Assembly: GCA_963840855.1 (NCBI GenBank)
Contig: CAWJBB010000040.1
Coordinates: 320,001-384,000 of the forward strand
Direction: 5' to 3'
DNA length: 64,000 bases
From: an uncultured delta proteobacterium
GTDB taxonomy: Bacteria; Desulfobacterota; Binatia; UBA9968
The notes under the pieces are model-generated. The model worked only from the letters and a program-made list of their open reading frames with translations, ran no database searches and had not been told where the DNA came from. Positions 62,880-64,000 of the stretch are shown piece after piece (the stretch's first letter is position 1; each line of letters starts with the position of its first letter). The translations under genes were made by a program, and so were the position numbers.

Positions 62880-63890
62880 TTACTTCTTAGCCCAAATTTG
62901 ATCGAAAAATCCACTCTTTTCCATTTCAACCAGGTAACGAGTATCGATCATTTCCTGCGGTTTGACGTTTTTGGCACGGGGATCAGTTGCTGACAGCTCG
63001 TCCAAGATGGCTTGTAAAGATTCCGGCTTGATAACCAAGCGCGGTTCCAAGACTTTAATTTCTGAATTGTACGCCGAGTCGAGTATATTGCGGTCCGTAA
63101 CGCGGAGATATTTCCCCAGCACTTTGTATACGAATTCGCGATCGGTGTGCATGAGCTTGGCGGTCTCGGCCATCGCGCGCATGAAATTAGCCATGACTTG
63201 CGGGCGCTTTGCCATCACGGAGCGCTTGGTGACGAACGCGGTGGCGGCATAGGGAATCTTCAGGTCGGGTCCATAGATCACATAATGATACCCTCGCGCA
63301 ATCGCTTGAGCATCGGTCGGTGGTGTCAGGTTGGCAACATCGATGGAGCCGCTGACGAACGCCGCAAAGGTCTCGGGGTCGCCGCCGGTTTGAACGAATT
63401 GAACGTCGCGACTGGCATCCATGCCGAAGCGGCGCAGCGCCTGGATGGTAAAATAATGCGAGTTGCCGCCGATCCGGCTGACGCCGATTTTCTTGCCTTT
63501 CAAATCCTCAGGTTTTTTGATGTTGCCGCCAGCCACCAGGGTTTGAGTCATGGTGTTCTTGATTCCGCCAATGAAGACGACATCGGTGACGCCGCGGATA
63601 TACGCGGCGACATTGCCGACCCCGCCGGTTACCGTCATCTCCGCGTCTCCGCCCAACAAGGCTGCCGTCACAATGCCCGAGGAAGAAATGAAGACTAAAC
63701 TGAAATCGAGATTGTATTTCTTAAACAACCCCGCTTCCTGCGCCATCCAGGGGAGCGATTGCGACATCACTCGGGCGGAATGTATCCCCACGAGTTTGTC
63801 CGGCACGGACGCGCCATAGACTAGCGAGGCGTGTAGGCTAGTCAGCAGCGCGACGATCCCCAAGAAACTCAGCTTCGTGCGATTTCTCAT
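62880..63890 (-). CDS. NMT1/SsuA-like ABC substrate-binding protein
   Basis: Signal peptide, AQEAGLFKKY, DLKGKKIGVSRIG, EMEKSGF. Confidence 0.85.
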   Translation of the reverse strand: MRNRTKLSFLGIVALLTSLHASLVYGASVPDKLVGIHSARVMSQSLPWMAQEAGLFKKYNLDFSLVFISSSGIVTAALLGGDAEMTVTGGVGNVAAYIRGVTDVVFIGGIKNTMTQTLVAGGNIKKPEDLKGKKIGVSRIGGNSHYFTIQALRRFGMDASRDVQFVQTGGDPETFAAFVSGSIDVANLTPPTDAQAIARGYHYVIYGPDLKIPYAATAFVTKRSVMAKRPQVMANFMRAMAETAKLMHTDREFVYKVLGKYLRVTDRNILDSAYNSEIKVLEPRLVIKPESLQAILDELSATDPRAKNVKPQEMIDTRYLVEMEKSGFFDQIWAKK

Positions 63891-64000
63891 GAAACTCATT
63901 TCTCTAACGTTGCCCATACGGTTCTTAGCTGCTCCCATCTCGATCTAGATTCTGCTGAAAAACCCTAAGAATGCTTCGCTTAGAGTCTATCCTAACTACG

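Overview
A 64 kb GC-rich bacterial chromosome segment. The gene content and intergenic repeat style suggest an uncultured deltaproteobacterium-like genome such as Ca. Binatia (inference only). About a dozen genes, including housekeeping ones, carry single-base frameshifts that are most simply assembly or long-read errors. 1-16 kb is housekeeping: GT9 heptosyltransferase, cysK-larE, ispD, carD, rimI, an unusual YfhL-ferredoxin/membrane fusion, tRNA-Cys, grxC, coaE, efp, glutamate dehydrogenase, HIT, two Rieske proteins and pncA. 17.4-24.7 kb is a co-oriented cluster of three heme-oxygenase-like diiron (PqqC/CADD-type) proteins, a bicupin, an EutA-like ATPase with no eutBC nearby, an orphan solute-binding protein and an FAD oxidoreductase. 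31.7-48.3 kb looks like a self-contained sigma54 module: three -24/-12 promoters, three copies of a paired GGTGTCT-N4-AGACACC palindrome, a TIGR03032-TPR-glycosyltransferase fusion next to a CSLREA/choice-of-anchor-Q/FG-GAP exported protein, two orphan binding proteins, a sensor kinase and an NtrC-type activator. It is interrupted by a VapBC pair, an IS3 (3-bp TSD) and an IS30 inserted in a palindromic repeat. 48-64 kb holds recQ, a crotonase, a molybdopterin/FeS-NrfD complex and a second catabolic cluster with a fourth diiron protein. Several families of short modular intergenic repeats are present. No CRISPR array or rRNA was seen.
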